Below, in pieces: positions 49,915-62,949 of a stretch of DNA of 64,000 nucleotides. The stretch spans positions 60,080,001 to 60,144,000 of the forward strand of contig NW_024704742.1 of the NCBI RefSeq assembly GCF_018977255.1, given 5' to 3'. The DNA is from Callorhinchus milii. Lineage: Eukaryota. The stretch's first letter is position 1. Every line of letters starts with the position of its first letter. Made by a program: the position numbers and the translations under genes. The notes below the pieces were generated by a model. It saw nothing but the letters and a program-made list of their open reading frames with translations, was not told the DNA's origin and did not search any database.

Positions 49915-52644
49915 GGCCTGCCCCCTCACCTCCCGAACTCTCTCCTATTCTCGATTCTCACCCTGGTTTACCAGCCACCATTTCATCTCCCTCAACTCCT
50001 ACATCACTCTCCCCACTGCCTCCAAACCTACCACAATCTTCTATCGCCCATGGAAGAAGACCTCTCTGCAATCCCTCTCTGCTGCCCTGGAGTCCTCTGA
50101 GCTCCTCTCCCTCTGGCCCACCTCCCGCAACAACCCATCCTCTGCATTTATTTTCCTCCGCAGCACCCTCTCCACCACACTCTATGCCCTTGCCTCCCTC
50201 ACCTCCCGAACTGCCTCCTATTCCCGATCCTCACCCTCCAGCCACCTCCACTCACTCAAGGGTCTGCGAACGCACTTGACTCAAATCTGGCCTAACGGTC
50301 TACCGATACATCTGACTGGACCTCATCAAAACCTACTAATCTGCTCTCGCCTAAGCCAAATCGTCCTTCTATTCTAGGTTAATCCTAGAGGCGAAGGGTA
50401 ACCCCCATCTCTTGTTCTCCACTACCAACCGGCTCCTCTGCCCTCCCTGCCATACCTCTCAGATTCTTTCCTCTGACTCCCACTGCGAAGAAATGCTGGA
50501 CTACCTTGAGTCCACAATTGAGGGAATTCACTCAGCTACTACTGGCCTCCCAACTTCCACCCAATCCCTACACCCCCCCACATTCTGACCACTACCCATC
50601 CCTCCTTTCACACCTTTGAACCTGTCACCCCTCCTCTGTCATCACCACCATATCCTCCATGAAGTCCACCAGCTGCTCCCTGGACCCCATCCCCACGCCT
50701 CTCCTTAAATCCCAGCTCCACCTCCTTGCCCAACTATTCACCGACATCACTGAACTCTCCCTGTCATCTGGCACTGTTCTAACCCCCTCAAAACAGCCAC
50801 TATCACCCCCACCTTGAAGAAACCTTCCCTTGACCCATAACAGCTATCCAGCTACCGGCCCATCTTTCACTTCCATTTTCTGTCTAAGATCTTTGAGAGA
50901 GCTGTTGCCTCCCAGCTTCACTCTTTCCTCTCCCCCACTCACTCCATGAGCCCCTTCAATCGGGTTTCTGTGCTGCCCACAGCACAGAAATTGCTCAACA
51001 ACAACAACTTGGATTTATATAACGCCCTCCACACCAGACGGCATCTCAGAGAGCTTCACAATAATGGATCCCAGGGCTGAGCCAGGGGGAGGGGAAAGAA
51101 GGTGACCAAAGTTGCAGTCGAAAAGAAAGTCTTTAGCCAAGACGTGAAAGTAGGAAGAGAGGGGGTGAGGAGAAGGAAGTGAGGAAGGAAGTTCCATAGC
51201 CTCGGGGCATAGTAGCTGAAGGCACAGCCACCGAAGGTGGAGCAGAGGATTCAGGGGGACAAGCAGGAGGCCAGACCGGTGAAGCGAAGGCAACGGGCAC
51301 TGTTGTGAGGAGAGCGGAGGTCAGAGAGGTAGGGGCATGCAGAGCAGTGGAGGGATTTGAATACAAGGATGAGGATCTTGAAATCGACTGCTCTGATCGA
51401 AGGTCACAAATGGCAACCTGACCATGTGTGACCAGGTCTCCCTCTGGCTCCTCGTCCTCCTCGACGTCTCTGCCACCTTTGATACTGTGGACCACTCAAT
51501 CCTCCTCCACCACCTCTCCTCCCACCTCAACCTTCAAAGTTCTGTCCTTGACTGGCTCAGGTCCTACCTTTCACACCGCCTCCACTTTGTCTCTGCAAAC
51601 GGCTTCTTCTCCAGCCGCCGCACCGTCTCGTGTGGTGTTCCTCAGGTCTCTATCCTCGGTCCCTCCTCTTCACCCTCTGCATGCTCCCCCTTGGTGACAT
51701 TATCTGCAGACACCCATATCTATCTCTCTGCCTCCACCCTCAACTCCAGAACTACTGGCGTCAAGACCGACTGCCTCTCCGACATCAAGTCCTGGATGAA
51801 GGACAACTTTCTCCAACTGAACGTCAGCAAGACCAAAGCCCTTCTGATTTGCTCATGACAGTACCTCCGCACCTCAGGCTCTGGCAGCATCAGCCTCCAT
51901 GGCTGCACACTCAACCTCACTAAGCCAGTCAGGAACCTGAATGTCTTGTTTGACCCTGAACTGTTCTTTCTCCCCACATCCGCACCATGACCGGCACTGC
52001 CTACCACCACCACTGTCAGAATGCCAGACACTGCCACTGCCTCACCCCTCAGGCTGCCAAAACCCTCACCCACGCATTCGTCACATCAAGGCTCGATTAT
52101 GGAACCTCCCTCCTCATCGGCCTTCCCAACTCTTCCCTTCACAAGCTGCAGATTATCCCAAACTCTGCAGCTCATGTACTCTCACTCACCAGGCTCCATG
52201 AGCCCACCACTCCCACCCTCACCCGACTCCACTGACTTCCCATCCCTCAGAGGTTCGAATTCAAGGTCCTCGTCCTACCTCTCTGACCTGCTGACTCCCT
52301 ACCAACCTGCCCGCTCCCTCTGTTCAGTGGGCTCCAACCTGCTCCATGTCACCCGTCCGACCCGCCCTACCATCGGTGGCCAGCTTTCACCTCTCTGCCC
52401 CCACACTCTGGAACTCCATCCCACAGTCCCTTCACCTCGCTTCCTCCCTTGCCTCCTTCAAGGTCAGTCCCAAGACCCTCCTCTTCGATCATGCCTTCAG
52501 TCGCCCTCCCACCTCTCTGCCTTCCTTCATTCCTACCCCACCCCTCCCCCATGCTCAGGTCCTGACCACTGACTGTCCAGCGCCTTGGTACATCCTCCCG
52601 ATGTGAAAGGCACTCTATAAATGTAGTTTTGTTGTTGTTGTTGT
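49915..52644 (+). mobile_element. L2 LINE (~2.3 kb of host element), 5'-rearranged, with a nested antisense L2 fragment
   Basis: ORF 51424-51858 contains LLVLLDVSATFDTVDH, GVPQVSILGP and WMKDNFLQLNVSKTK; C-terminal AFVTSRLDY; (TTG)n tail at 52629-52644; upstream YRPWKK and SLDPIP motifs. Confidence 0.93.
50997..51387 (-). mobile_element. L2 3' fragment of a different subfamily inserted antisense into the host L2
   Basis: Starts with (aac)n and ttggatttatataacgcc; ends at gaggatcttgaaatcga (DFKIL); flanked by ttgctc / ctgctc inside the host STE(T)AL coding segment. Confidence 0.85.
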
Positions 52645-52977
52645 ATCATTCTTTGAACAAAAGTGTAAGTTAGTTATACTAAATATCAATGTTCTGGAGT
52701 TCTAATACTTTTTACAGGTTGATGAACATATTTATTTGCTTTTTTTAAATCAAAATGTGTTGTTCAAATTTTACAGCATTTGCAACCGCTGTTGCTAATT
52801 CTTTGCCACCATCTTTTATATGAGGAGATATTGCTATACTGATGTGCCACTGGTAGTTAGATTTTTTTTCTTTGCTGGATTTGAAAGTCTGGGGGAATAG
52901 CATCAGTCATCAATGTCTACAATTAAACTACAAAGATATTTTCTGCAATTTCAATCAGTTTCATTGAAGTGTAACAA

Positions 52978-53300
52978 TATAATAATAATCCTTGCATTGA
53001 TATAGGACTTTCTCACATCATGGAGATATTTCAAATACCCTCACAGGATTTTTGCTCTGTAGTGTATTTGTAGTCAAATGCAGACAGCCAGTTTGCACAC
53101 AGGAATGCCCCATGAAGTGAGTGATTAATTTTATCCGGGGTATTGTTGACCAGGACACCTGGAGTACTCCCTCCTCTTTTTGTGTAGTGCCATGGGATCT
53201 TTAGTGACCAGGTAGACCTCGGTTTAACATATTATCTGAAGGTCATCACCTCCAACATTACGGTGCTCTCCAAACATTGTATACGCATGTTGGCTTGAAC
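52978..53300 (-). mobile_element. Old Deu-SINE
   Basis: aataataatccttgcattgatatag...gaccaggacacctggagtactccc...tagtgccatgggatcttt...cctcggtttaacat. Confidence 0.8.
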
Positions 53301-54079
53301 TGTCAGTTCAGCGTACTGTTGGGTAGAACACAACAACAAATTATTCATCACCAATCTCATCTTTTTTTCTAAGTTGCTACTACTGCAGCATATCTTACAA
53401 ATATCTCAACAAAGATATTGAAACCAATTGCATTAATGGCTGATGTCAATGTGATTTAGATGCAGCGTATGGTTTACAACATTTATAATTTCCTACTAAC
53501 CAACAGAGGGAGCTAAAGGTTTCTTGGATGAAAAAGGTTCCTTGAGTCACTTACAGTACCTTGTTTGCATGAAACTACGATTAAATCTTACATTCTATAA
53601 GTCAACGTGGCACAGATATAGTGCTAATTTTTTTTTAATTTCAGACTAAATGATATACTTCTCATCAATATTAGATCTCACTGAAACATTGCAGGGGTTG
53701 TGTTTCTTCTCTTTCATCAGGGTATCATTTTGTGAGAGATTCTCAATTGTCAGGTGCTATCTTGCAGCGATTAAGAAAAACATGTTTAAACATTTTTCTC
53801 TTTGCACACTATGAATCTGCAGTCACAATTCTAAACTGTAAACATTTTCATTAAAAATACGGCCTATTTAGACTGAAAGTGTTTCACAAAATGAATCTGC
53901 AATGTAACACATCAAAGAACATACATACAAAAAATTCTTACAAAACATTTTTAATTTGATAATTTTTTTTAAAATGGCACAATAAATACTGTGTTATACT
54001 TTGGGCAGAATACACTGTTTGGTCAGTTCTAAGCTCCACAAGAGTGTGATTCTACATGTAATGATTCTCACAACTCAGG

Positions 54080-54226
54080 TATATCAGAGGATACAGTTCA
54101 AGATCCTGGTCCTCACCTTCACCTCCACCCTCCCCCATCCCGACCCCCAGCTCAGGTCCAAAACACTGATTATCCAGCGCCTTGGGAAGTCCTCCTGACG
54201 TGAAATGTAATTTTGTTGTTGTTGTT
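54080..54226 (+). mobile_element. Internally deleted L2 3' fragment
   Basis: cagaggatacagttcaagatcctggtcctcacc joined directly to the 3' UTR ccccagctcaggtcc...tgtaattttgttgttgttgtt. Confidence 0.8.
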
Positions 54227-54319
54227 ATATCAGTTGTTAATAATATCTATGTTGTTCTCAACTCAAACACTCCAAACATAAACCCCCAATAGTTATTATC
54301 CCAGAATCTCTTTTAACCC

Positions 54320-54750
54320 CAATCATTGCTTGCCTCCACTGTTTCCCCATCCCCCAGACTATAGAGTTCAAAATCCTCGTCCTTGCCTTCAAAGCCCTCC
54401 ACGCCCTTGCTCCTCCCTACTTCTGTGGGCTGTTAACTTCATATAGATCTGTCCACTCCATTCGCTCAGTGGGCTCCGGCCTGCTCTACGTCCCCCGCCC
54501 AGCCCGCCTCAACATTGACGATTGGGCCTTCAGCCTTTCTGCCCCCACCCTTTAGAATTCCATCCCACGATTCCTTCAAGTCACAGCTTCCCTTGCCTCC
54601 TTCAAGGCCCGTCTCAAGACCCTCCTCTTCAACCATGCCTTTGGCCACACTCCTACTCCTACCCTCCCTGCCCTCCACCCTCCCCGACCACCAGCTCAGG
54701 TCCAAATCTCTGACTGTCCAGCGCCTTGGGATGTCCTCCCTCCCCGCGTG
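54320..54750 (+). mobile_element. L2 3' fragment
   Basis: gagttcaaaatcctcgtccttgccttcaaagccctccac (EFKILVLAFKALH) through gcgccttgggatgtcctccc. Confidence 0.88.
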
Positions 54751-54772
54751 ATGAGCTCAAACTAAAGATTTG

Positions 54773-54997
54773 TAATAATAATCCCTCCAAAAAACCAAAA
54801 AAAAACCAATAATAAATTGGTCATTTTCAATCTACGACTGTTTGTGGGACATTGCTGTGCGCAATTGGCTGCCGCGTTCGCCCACAAATATACAGTCAAT
54901 TCACTTTACAGTGTGCTCTGTGAAGCGCTTTGGGACGTCCTCCTGACGTGAAAAGCGCTATATCAAATGCAAGGATTATTATTATTATTATTATTAT
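54773..54997 (+). mobile_element. Young Deu-SINE, 5'-truncated (short-subfamily-type tail)
   Basis: Nearly identical to 11561-11761, with the tail gggacgtcctcctgacgtgaaaagcgctatatcaaatgcaagga(tta)n. Confidence 0.92.
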
Positions 54998-55251
54998 AAG
55001 CATTTTAATTTACATTTGCAAAAAAAAGCAAATCCCTAGAACTATGTCATCAAGCTCCCGTGCTCTTTCTACATCTCTGAACCACCTCCATTCTTCATAT
55101 AATGTAAAGGTAATAGTTATAATACTTGCATTTGATATAGTATATAGTGTTCTTCTTAAATTTGTACATAAGATGATTGCGAAAGATGAAATCTAATAAT
55201 AATAATGATTCTTGCCTTTTGTATAGAACCTTTTATGTCGTGGTTGTTTGA

Positions 55252-55331
55252 GACGTCCTCCCGACGTGAAAGCGCTTTGGGACGTCCTCCCGACGTGAAA
55301 GGCGCTCTATAAATGTAATTTTGTTGTTGTT
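55252..55331 (+). mobile_element. Minimal young L2 tail with tandem duplication, inserted in an antisense SINE tail (55195-55395)
   Basis: gacgtcctcccgacgtgaaag occurs twice (55252-55272, 55281-55301), followed by gcgctctataaatgtaattttgttgttgtt. Confidence 0.85.
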
Positions 55332-55514
55332 CATGTCCTAAAGCACTTCAAAGCCTATACTGTTGAGTAGAGTGACTGTATCTTTTGTGGGCAAAATGTA
55401 CATAAATGTTCTATTCATTGCATTTTTCTCCTGTGAATTTCTCAATTCTTCTGGATGGAACTAACCATTATTAAAGGAAACACAGATTCACACCTCACTG
55501 TATTAGAATAGCTC

Positions 55515-55820
55515 GATCTCTGCCTCCACTTTTGGAATTCCAGCCCACAGTCCGTTTGCCTCACCCCCATCTCAAGACGTTTCTCTTCGACCACCACAAC
55601 AACAGCAACAACTTGCATTTATCTAGCGCCATCCAAGTCGGGTGGCATCTCAGAATGCTTAAATTGACCAACCCTTTGGTCAACTTCCTATCCCCATCCT
55701 CCCTACCCTCCACCCGTCCTGACCCCAACCCCCAGCTCGAGTGTAAATCCTTGACTGTTCAGCACCTCAGGATGTCCTCCTGGCATGAAAGGTCCTATAC
55801 AAATGTAATTTGTTGTTTGT
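55515..55820 (+). mobile_element. L2 3' UTR with a nested antisense L2 tail (~55595-55665)
   Basis: ctcaagacgtttctcttcgacca | acaacaacagcaacaacttgcatttatctagcgcc... | gaccaaccctttggtc...tacaaatgtaatttgttgtt. Confidence 0.8.
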
Positions 55821-55823
55821 TTC

Positions 55824-56076
55824 TGTTCAGGTGAACGTCAAAGATTCTACAGCACTATTCAAAATGAGAAGTGAGTTTCTTTTAACTTCCTGGATCAACA
55901 ATTCCCTGATAAAAAAATCATGACTGTTTGTGGAACATTGCTGTGAGCAAATTGGCTGGTACATTCATCCACAAAATTTACAGTCACTGCACATTACAGT
56001 AACATTTTTGAAGCGCTTTGGTGTGTATCAATGATGTGAAAGACGTTATATCAAATGCAAGGGTTATTATTTTATT
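55824..56076 (+). mobile_element. Deu-SINE 3' half
   Basis: gttcaggtgaacgtcaaagattc, Deu core, tail atatcaaatgcaagggttattatt. Confidence 0.8.
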
Positions 56077-56714
56077 ACCGTATCACACTGACCAAACTTA
56101 TATTGCCAAGTGAAATCATAGCTTTTCTATGTGTGAAACTGTACCCAAGGTATTTATATTTTAATTTCACATTGTTCATGAATTGACAATGACAATCATT
56201 TCTGATTCATTTGGTTCAATCTCTGAGCTATTGAGTTCAGCCTAATTTACATGAACCATGAAAGCATTTCAGTTGTGTGGAGTTCCCAGCAGATTGTGCA
56301 ATGATCCGTAAACCCACTTATGCAGATTACCCGGATTCAGTTCACTCAGGGTTAATGAGCATCATATATTGTGGTGTGCAATCCAAGCCAATAATTATTA
56401 GAAAAGCTTCTTCCGTGGTATAGATCTTGTCCTATTTTCAAGATAAAGTAGTATTGGATTGTCCATTATAAGCCCATGAAATTATAGACACTAAAAAGCA
56501 AATGGCAAGTAGTCAGGATGATAGCTTTCCTGTTAAATCCTAGTACTGTGGTTTGCCTTCACACTCTTATATCCGTGCTGCAAAGGTGTTTACTAATGGA
56601 ATATTATTAGATAATTTTTTTCCAGCAAATAAAATTTTTGTACATCTGCCATCCAGAAATGACACAATACAATGAATGTCGTATGGATAATATGACAAAA
56701 TTAGGTTAAACACT

Positions 56715-56870
56715 TTCTCTCCTCTCTTCCTTATTTTCTCCCTTTACTGAAGGCTCTTCCTGGTGTTTAGTTTAATGGATGCCTGAACATATTCACTGTT
56801 GGCTTCAGTGATTTTTTTATATGTGAGCCTGGATAGTGAATGATTGCAGAGTAATCAGTGGGTCAGGAGG
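56715..56870 (-). mobile_element. AmnSINE2-like fragment
   Basis: atatgtgagcctggatagtgaatgattgcaga is the diverged reverse complement of ctgccaacactcactgccaaggctcacacat (17948-17978). Confidence 0.45.
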
Positions 56871-56984
56871 AAGGAAGGGGAGGGGCATTGCAATTTATGT
56901 CCACATGATATAGTATGTTATTATATCAGGATGCTGACTCAAAGCACCCCATCAGATTCATTACGCCCGGTGACTGGGTATTTT

Positions 56985-57225
56985 TTAGGTGAATGTGGTG
57001 GCCAACTTGCACAAAACAATGTCCCTCAGACTGCCAAGAAGTAAATGACCAATTTTATTTGGAAGATTATTGGTCAGAAAATCCCTTTTCTTTTTGAATA
57101 GTGCCAAGAGATCTTTTAACATCCATCTGAACAGGCAGACAGTACCTCGGTTTAAAATTGCATCCAAACAACAACACCTTCAACATTGCAGCTCACTATG
57201 TTGGAAAGTCATCCTAGACTGTGAA
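56985..57225 (-). mobile_element. Old Deu-SINE fragment
   Basis: gaatagtgccaagagatcttttaacatccatctgaacaggcagacagtacctcggttta. Confidence 0.75.
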
Positions 57226-58834
57226 TCATTGTGACTTTGTGATGAGAAAACATACACAGTTTTAAGATGCATGTATTTTTGTGTTTCTGATTTAGTGTTC
57301 AATCGGTCAACCTGCTTCTTTTTTTCCGTAGTTCAATACCCCTGTGGTTTGTTTGTTCATTCCAGATACTTATGACAGACAACATTGGCTCTTCTATGTT
57401 CCTTACATTATTATTTTGCTGCTGGAATGTTCCTTCAAAACACACACACATATACCTCAGATTTATGAATAGTGATGCATTTTTATTAGTGGCTTGGTCA
57501 CTGACCAGCATTTAGAATCAAGGTCTATGAATACCCAGGCACTGATTCTCAAAACACATACAATATCTTTATTTTGTGTTTATTTCACATGCATTCAGGC
57601 TTCCACAACAGATTCAAGAGACCCAGAGACATTTTCTGGCGATATATTTATTTTTGTCGTCCATCTATCCATCATTTATAATTTGACTTGCAAAGCAATT
57701 ATTATCTATAATGGGTTCTGCTGTTCCTTCTCCAATATCACAATGTCTCAGAATTGTTTTTGTCTAAGAAGTTTCATATTGCCCTCATCACAACAGATTT
57801 AGTCATTCTTTATACATCCTCATTCAATCTCAATAACAAATCCAAATTGTCAGCAAGGTGTAAATGAATGCAAATGATTTTTTTTATCCATGATAGACTA
57901 CTTGCCCTAACAAAGAATTTCATAATCCTGTAATTATTAATTTATGAACAGAATGGGGGACTAAATGCATTCCTACATAGTAATAGATATTATGCAATAA
58001 TGAAATTGAGTAATTGGATGCTTATGTGACAAAGTCAATTTAATATGATTAATTTAAACATGTTATGAAGGGTTTTATTACTGAATTTACAAGCTATGGC
58101 ATGCAGGAATTTTTTTCAGGACAATGGGACTTTTCATCCAATTTTCCCACAATACAATAACAATAAAGTACAAACACAAAATGGCAAAAACTAACCAAAC
58201 AAACACTTTATTTTTAAAGGTAGAATGGTTGGGTTTGCAGCCTCCAATGACTGCTATAAGAGATGCCAACCACAAAAATATATTTGTAACTTCATAGAAC
58301 ATAAGAGCATAATAATTGTGAGACAAAAGAAGACCAAGGTTCATCCAGTTCGCCTTCCATCATCCTCGCAGTCGAATGCACATGTCATGTCTCAAACTAT
58401 ATAATAAGAACATAAGGATGGATCCGAGTTAAGTTAGTGTCCCATTAAATAGTCCTCAAGCTCTAATGTTTTTGGTATGCCAGTAATCCATAAACCAGCA
58501 CTCCAATTGTTGGGTTGCTAATGGAGATCTTAAGGTGTGGGATAGCAGGTTTGCAAGGGTAACAATTTGCATGGTATCATCTATCTTATTTTAAATGGCT
58601 TGAGTTAATACTACTAATAAATTAACATATAACCCAGTTCTCATGGATTAGCAACAGTCTTGGCTATTTGTTCCATCATTCATCCTTCATCTCTGCTGGG
58701 AAAAGCATCTCAATATTTTGACATATTTCTTGTATTGCTAAAATCATATAAAATTAAATAGCAAAAACAACAACAATTTGCATTTATATAGCGCCCTCCA
58801 CATAAGTTGTCCCAGAGCGCTTAACATAGCATTT

Positions 58835-58995
58835 AAAAGTGTCCAAAATTTTGACTTATTCTTCAATTTAGTTTTAAATTCGAAGCCAGTGGCAAGAGAA
58901 ATACTGTTTTTAAATGTTTGCCAAATTCTGAAAGCTCTGAAATTTTATGTTACATTAATAGAATAAATGTAGTTGAGGTGGGATTTTGCCTTCAC
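58835..58995. mobile_element. Partial copy of the MITE family
   Basis: gtttgccaaattctgaaagctctgaaatt...cattaatagaataaatgtagttgaggtgggattttgcc resembles the inverted arm of 32230-32473; another arm remnant at 61397-61426. Confidence 0.55.
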
Positions 58996-59611
58996 TGTGC
59001 ATTATGTTGGCTAAATTTCAAGCACTTTCATAGCAAAAACATAATTATAATAGGAAGAAATGCTTTTTTTTTAAACAAATCCACATAAGGAAATCAATAC
59101 AATTAGTGATATGCTTCAAGACACACTTTACTGGTATGCATTTGTTTTTCACTGTACAGCCAAACATCCCTGTGAAGATCAATATCCCCACACATTATTA
59201 ACTATGATGCCTTCGTAGTGATCTACAATTGATTTTAAGTCACCTGTCTTTTCAGTGTCGGAGAACAAATGAACACGTACGCAATCTCATTAACAGAGCA
59301 CTCGGGATTAAATGCCAGACTAATTTTTTAATCACACATGAATTTCATATTTCTATTAATTGATTAATCAAAATATTTATCATGCATTTAACAGTCATGC
59401 ATATTTTTTCTGATCTACTAAGGACTGTATAATTTTTCAGTCATACCTTAACACTTAGAGCTACTCTGATGTAATTTTGTGTCAGGCACTAATTTATCCA
59501 GGTTTGTGTTGATATGTATTATGTTGACTGTATGTGGGTCAAGCTTATATTATATATACTTTGAATAAATTCCCCGATGTTTAAATAAAACAAAACTATT
59601 AATTTTCAGAT

Positions 59612-60350
59612 TTTGGACACCAAGTTAATCAAGCAGAGGGTTGTTGTGAACGGCTGCTTTTCTGACTGGAGGGAAGTGTACAGTGCCGTCCCCCAGGGAT
59701 CGATATTAACACCACTGCTCTTCTTAATATACATAAATGATCTGGACTTGGGTATAGCAAGTACCATTTCCAAGTTTGCGGAAGACACAAAGTTAGGTAG
59801 TGTGGTAAACAGTGAGAAGGATAGCAGCCAACTGCAGGAAGACACAGACAGAATGGTAAAATGGGCAGACACATGGCAGATGAATTTCAATGTGGAGAAA
59901 TGTGAGGTAATGCATTTTGGTAGAAAGAATGAGGGGAGGCAATACAGGCTGGTAATACAATCTGAAGGGGGGTAAAAGAACAGAGAGACCTGTGGGTTCA
60001 GGTAAATGAATGCTTGAAGGTGGCAGGACAGGTAGATAAAACGGTAAAAAGGGCATATGGAATACTAGGCTTTATAAATAGGGGCATAGAGTACAAGAGT
60101 CAGGAGGTTATGATTAACTATATAAAACACCGGTTAGGCCTCAGTTAGAATATTGCACCAAGTTCTGGGCAGCACACTATAGGAAGAATGTTAAGGCATT
60201 GGAAAGGGTGCAGAGGAGATTTACGAGGATGGTACCAGGAATGAGGGACCTTGATTATGAGGAAAGGCTAGAGAGGCTGGGATTATTCTCATTGGAGCAG
60301 AGAAGGTTACGAGGAGAGCTAATAGAGGTCTTCAAAATCATGAGGGAATT
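59612..60350 (+). mobile_element. CR1 LINE RT fragment
   Basis: KQRVVVNGCFSDWREVYSAVPQGSILTPLLFLIYINDLD...SKFAEDTKLG...WQMNFNVEKCEVMHFG, then ERVQRRFTRMVPGMRDLDYEERLERLGLFSLEQRRLRGELIEVFKIM; catalytic ADD mutated to AED. Confidence 0.95.
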
Positions 60351-60654
60351 TTACTGTTGTCTTCCTCTTGTTCTCTCAAGAGGCTGTTTCAGCTTTAGGT
60401 TGGTCAGTACCCAATACTTAGACCAGCATTTTCCTTGATCTTGTGCTCACCTCTCCCCTTTCCAATCAATCACTTTCCAACGACCTTACACACGTAGGCC
60501 ATCTCATCGAAACATTCCTTCCCTGTTTGACCATATCAGTAAAAATAATCACGGTATTTAGGGTAAGATATCAGGAGGATAGACAGTGCCTATGGAACTA
60601 CAGTATACCCAGTAAATGCAAGACACCTCAAAGAGAAGATGGGAGGAGAGGAAA

Positions 60655-60862
60655 TTGGAGTTCCTCCCAGTGTCCTGGCCAACATTTCCCCATTGGAAAT
60701 TGGTTATTCACTTTGCAGCTGTTTTAGAACATTGCTGTGTACAAATTGGCTGTGCATTCTCTACTAGATGCACAGTCCATTACACTTTGGTAATATCATG
60801 TGAAGGGCTTCAAGACCAGCTCTTGTTGTGAAAGGTACTATATCTAATGTAAGGATTATAAT
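60655..60862 (+). mobile_element. Old Deu-SINE 3' half
   Basis: ggagttcctcccagtgtcctggccaacatt...acattgctgtgtacaaattggctg...tgtaaggattataa. Confidence 0.75.
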
Positions 60863-62949
60863 TTTATTATAATTTTTCTTTAAAAAAAGTCATTTAATTA
60901 CATTTTGCAAATTGAACATTGAAAGAAGACAAATCAAAACAGAAGTTGCTGGGAACACTCGGCAGGTCAGGCAGCATGTATGGAGAGAGGAAAGTGAGGT
61001 CCATGATCCTTGGTCAAAACTCGAAAGAAGACAAGCTTTTAAAGTTAGAAAAGGAGATCAGTATATATTTTCAAAGAGTTGGAACAGATAGAAAAGAATG
61101 AAATAAATTTTAATATATAAGAAACCGACAAGGAAAAGAGTGAAAAAAGGATGAAATAAATTTTTTAAGTTTAATTTTTACTTTAAATAACTGTAGCATT
61201 TTGTAATTACTTCAGTGGATTAGGATTTATTTTACAGTAAAAGTAAATATTATTTTTAAGGTTAATAATAACAATCCTTGCACTTGTTATTGCACTTTAT
61301 TATGTTGAAACCTTATGAAAACACTTCACAGTTTTTCTGGGAAGTGTAGTGACTGTAATTGGAGTAGCCAATTGTAATGTGACAAATGGTGAAAACAGAG
61401 TAAATCTAGACCCAGGTAGAGTTTCTCTGTTTTGATAGTTAAAACAAATCTCCAAGATAATCACTGTTTGTGTGCATTGTGTTGGGTTCTATATATTGAA
61501 TGGTTCTATATATTCTACACTATCGTACGCTCCTGAGTTGTGCGTTGTTACCGTTCTCTTACAGGCACGACATTGCTGAGAAAAAAAAAGCATGCGGTGC
61601 TCTACTGAATGTAAAGTATAGGATAATCAAGCAAAACATGCTGACAGATCAGGTCAGTGCTTCTGCACTATTGAGAAAATAAGGATCTTGCTCTTCAATG
61701 TTCTGTGTTATAGACAGATGGCATGATATTGCCAGATGGCACTAGACTTTCTTTTATTCCATTTTTCAAGCTTCCTCATGTTTCCTCACTGTTCATTTCC
61801 ACCAACACTCTTGCTTCTTCAAGTTGAGACTGTGGAACAATGTAATTCATTTCTCCATGGTTGGCACTGGCACTGTCCCAGAAAATGAAGCGTCTGAATT
61901 TTTTATTAATTGCAGTTGGATTTGGATGTCAGAAGCAGAGTTGGCAAAAACTCTAGCATCAACCTAAACTGTCTGAAATGAAAACAAATGTGTCTAATGG
62001 AAATAGAGAAGGAACCTCAGTAGCCACACTTTAATACGTCTCAGACAGACACCCTGATAAATGTTCAGCCGTTAGACTATCACTGGAACTGGATAAAGTG
62101 GACAACACAAATTAACCAGTGCTATCTACTCCACTGTAAGTAACTTGGAAAATTAGATTTTAGTTTATACCATTGTGACAACTCTCACCAATGACACTTA
62201 TTACCAATGATGTTACAATGTTACAAGAGAAGCTGTATTCATTATTGTCAGTGATAATGAGCCTTCGAGTTCATTCTGGATCAATTAGCTAAACAGTCTT
62301 CCCAGAATGTTGGCCAGGATATTTGGAGAAACTTTCTTCTCTTCATCAATTGCGACATAGGGCATCAATCGTGGGCTTGTTTTACAATCTGAGGGAAGCT
62401 GTCTACATGCAGCGATACTGTGATAGAGACCCAGATACAGGTATCCATTCATGAAGATTATTTTTATGATGGCATCCATTCATGAATCAATCTGAATGCC
62501 TTAATTCAGACCATTTAGGCTTACACATGACGATGGGAACTTTAATACCCAGCCCCAGTTTTAACACACATTTGAAATATTAGAGGCTTTTGATATACTT
62601 GTTTTCATTTTGAAAATGTAACAAAGTGACCTACATACTGAAATAAAGGGCTTCATTTTTCATACACACTGAGGGCATTTCACAAGTGGTAGAGAGTGGC
62701 CAGTGTTCCTTCATGAATGTGAAAGACCTATAACTCAAAATCTCTCCAGACACACTTGAGATATGAGACAATTTTGCATGAGGGTAAAATAAATCTGGAA
62801 ACAAAAAAAAAGGAAATAAAAAATATTCCATGAAAGTCAGAGATTATGTGATTATTTACAGTATACAGTTAGTCAGTTAATGATAACTTCTTGAATACAA
62901 TTGAAACATTGACATCAAACAATGGGTATGTCATCATACCCCAGTTCAA

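Noticed and set aside
49887..50279. 130-aa proline/serine-rich ORF
   Set aside because: Alternative frame of C-rich L2 ORF2 sequence.
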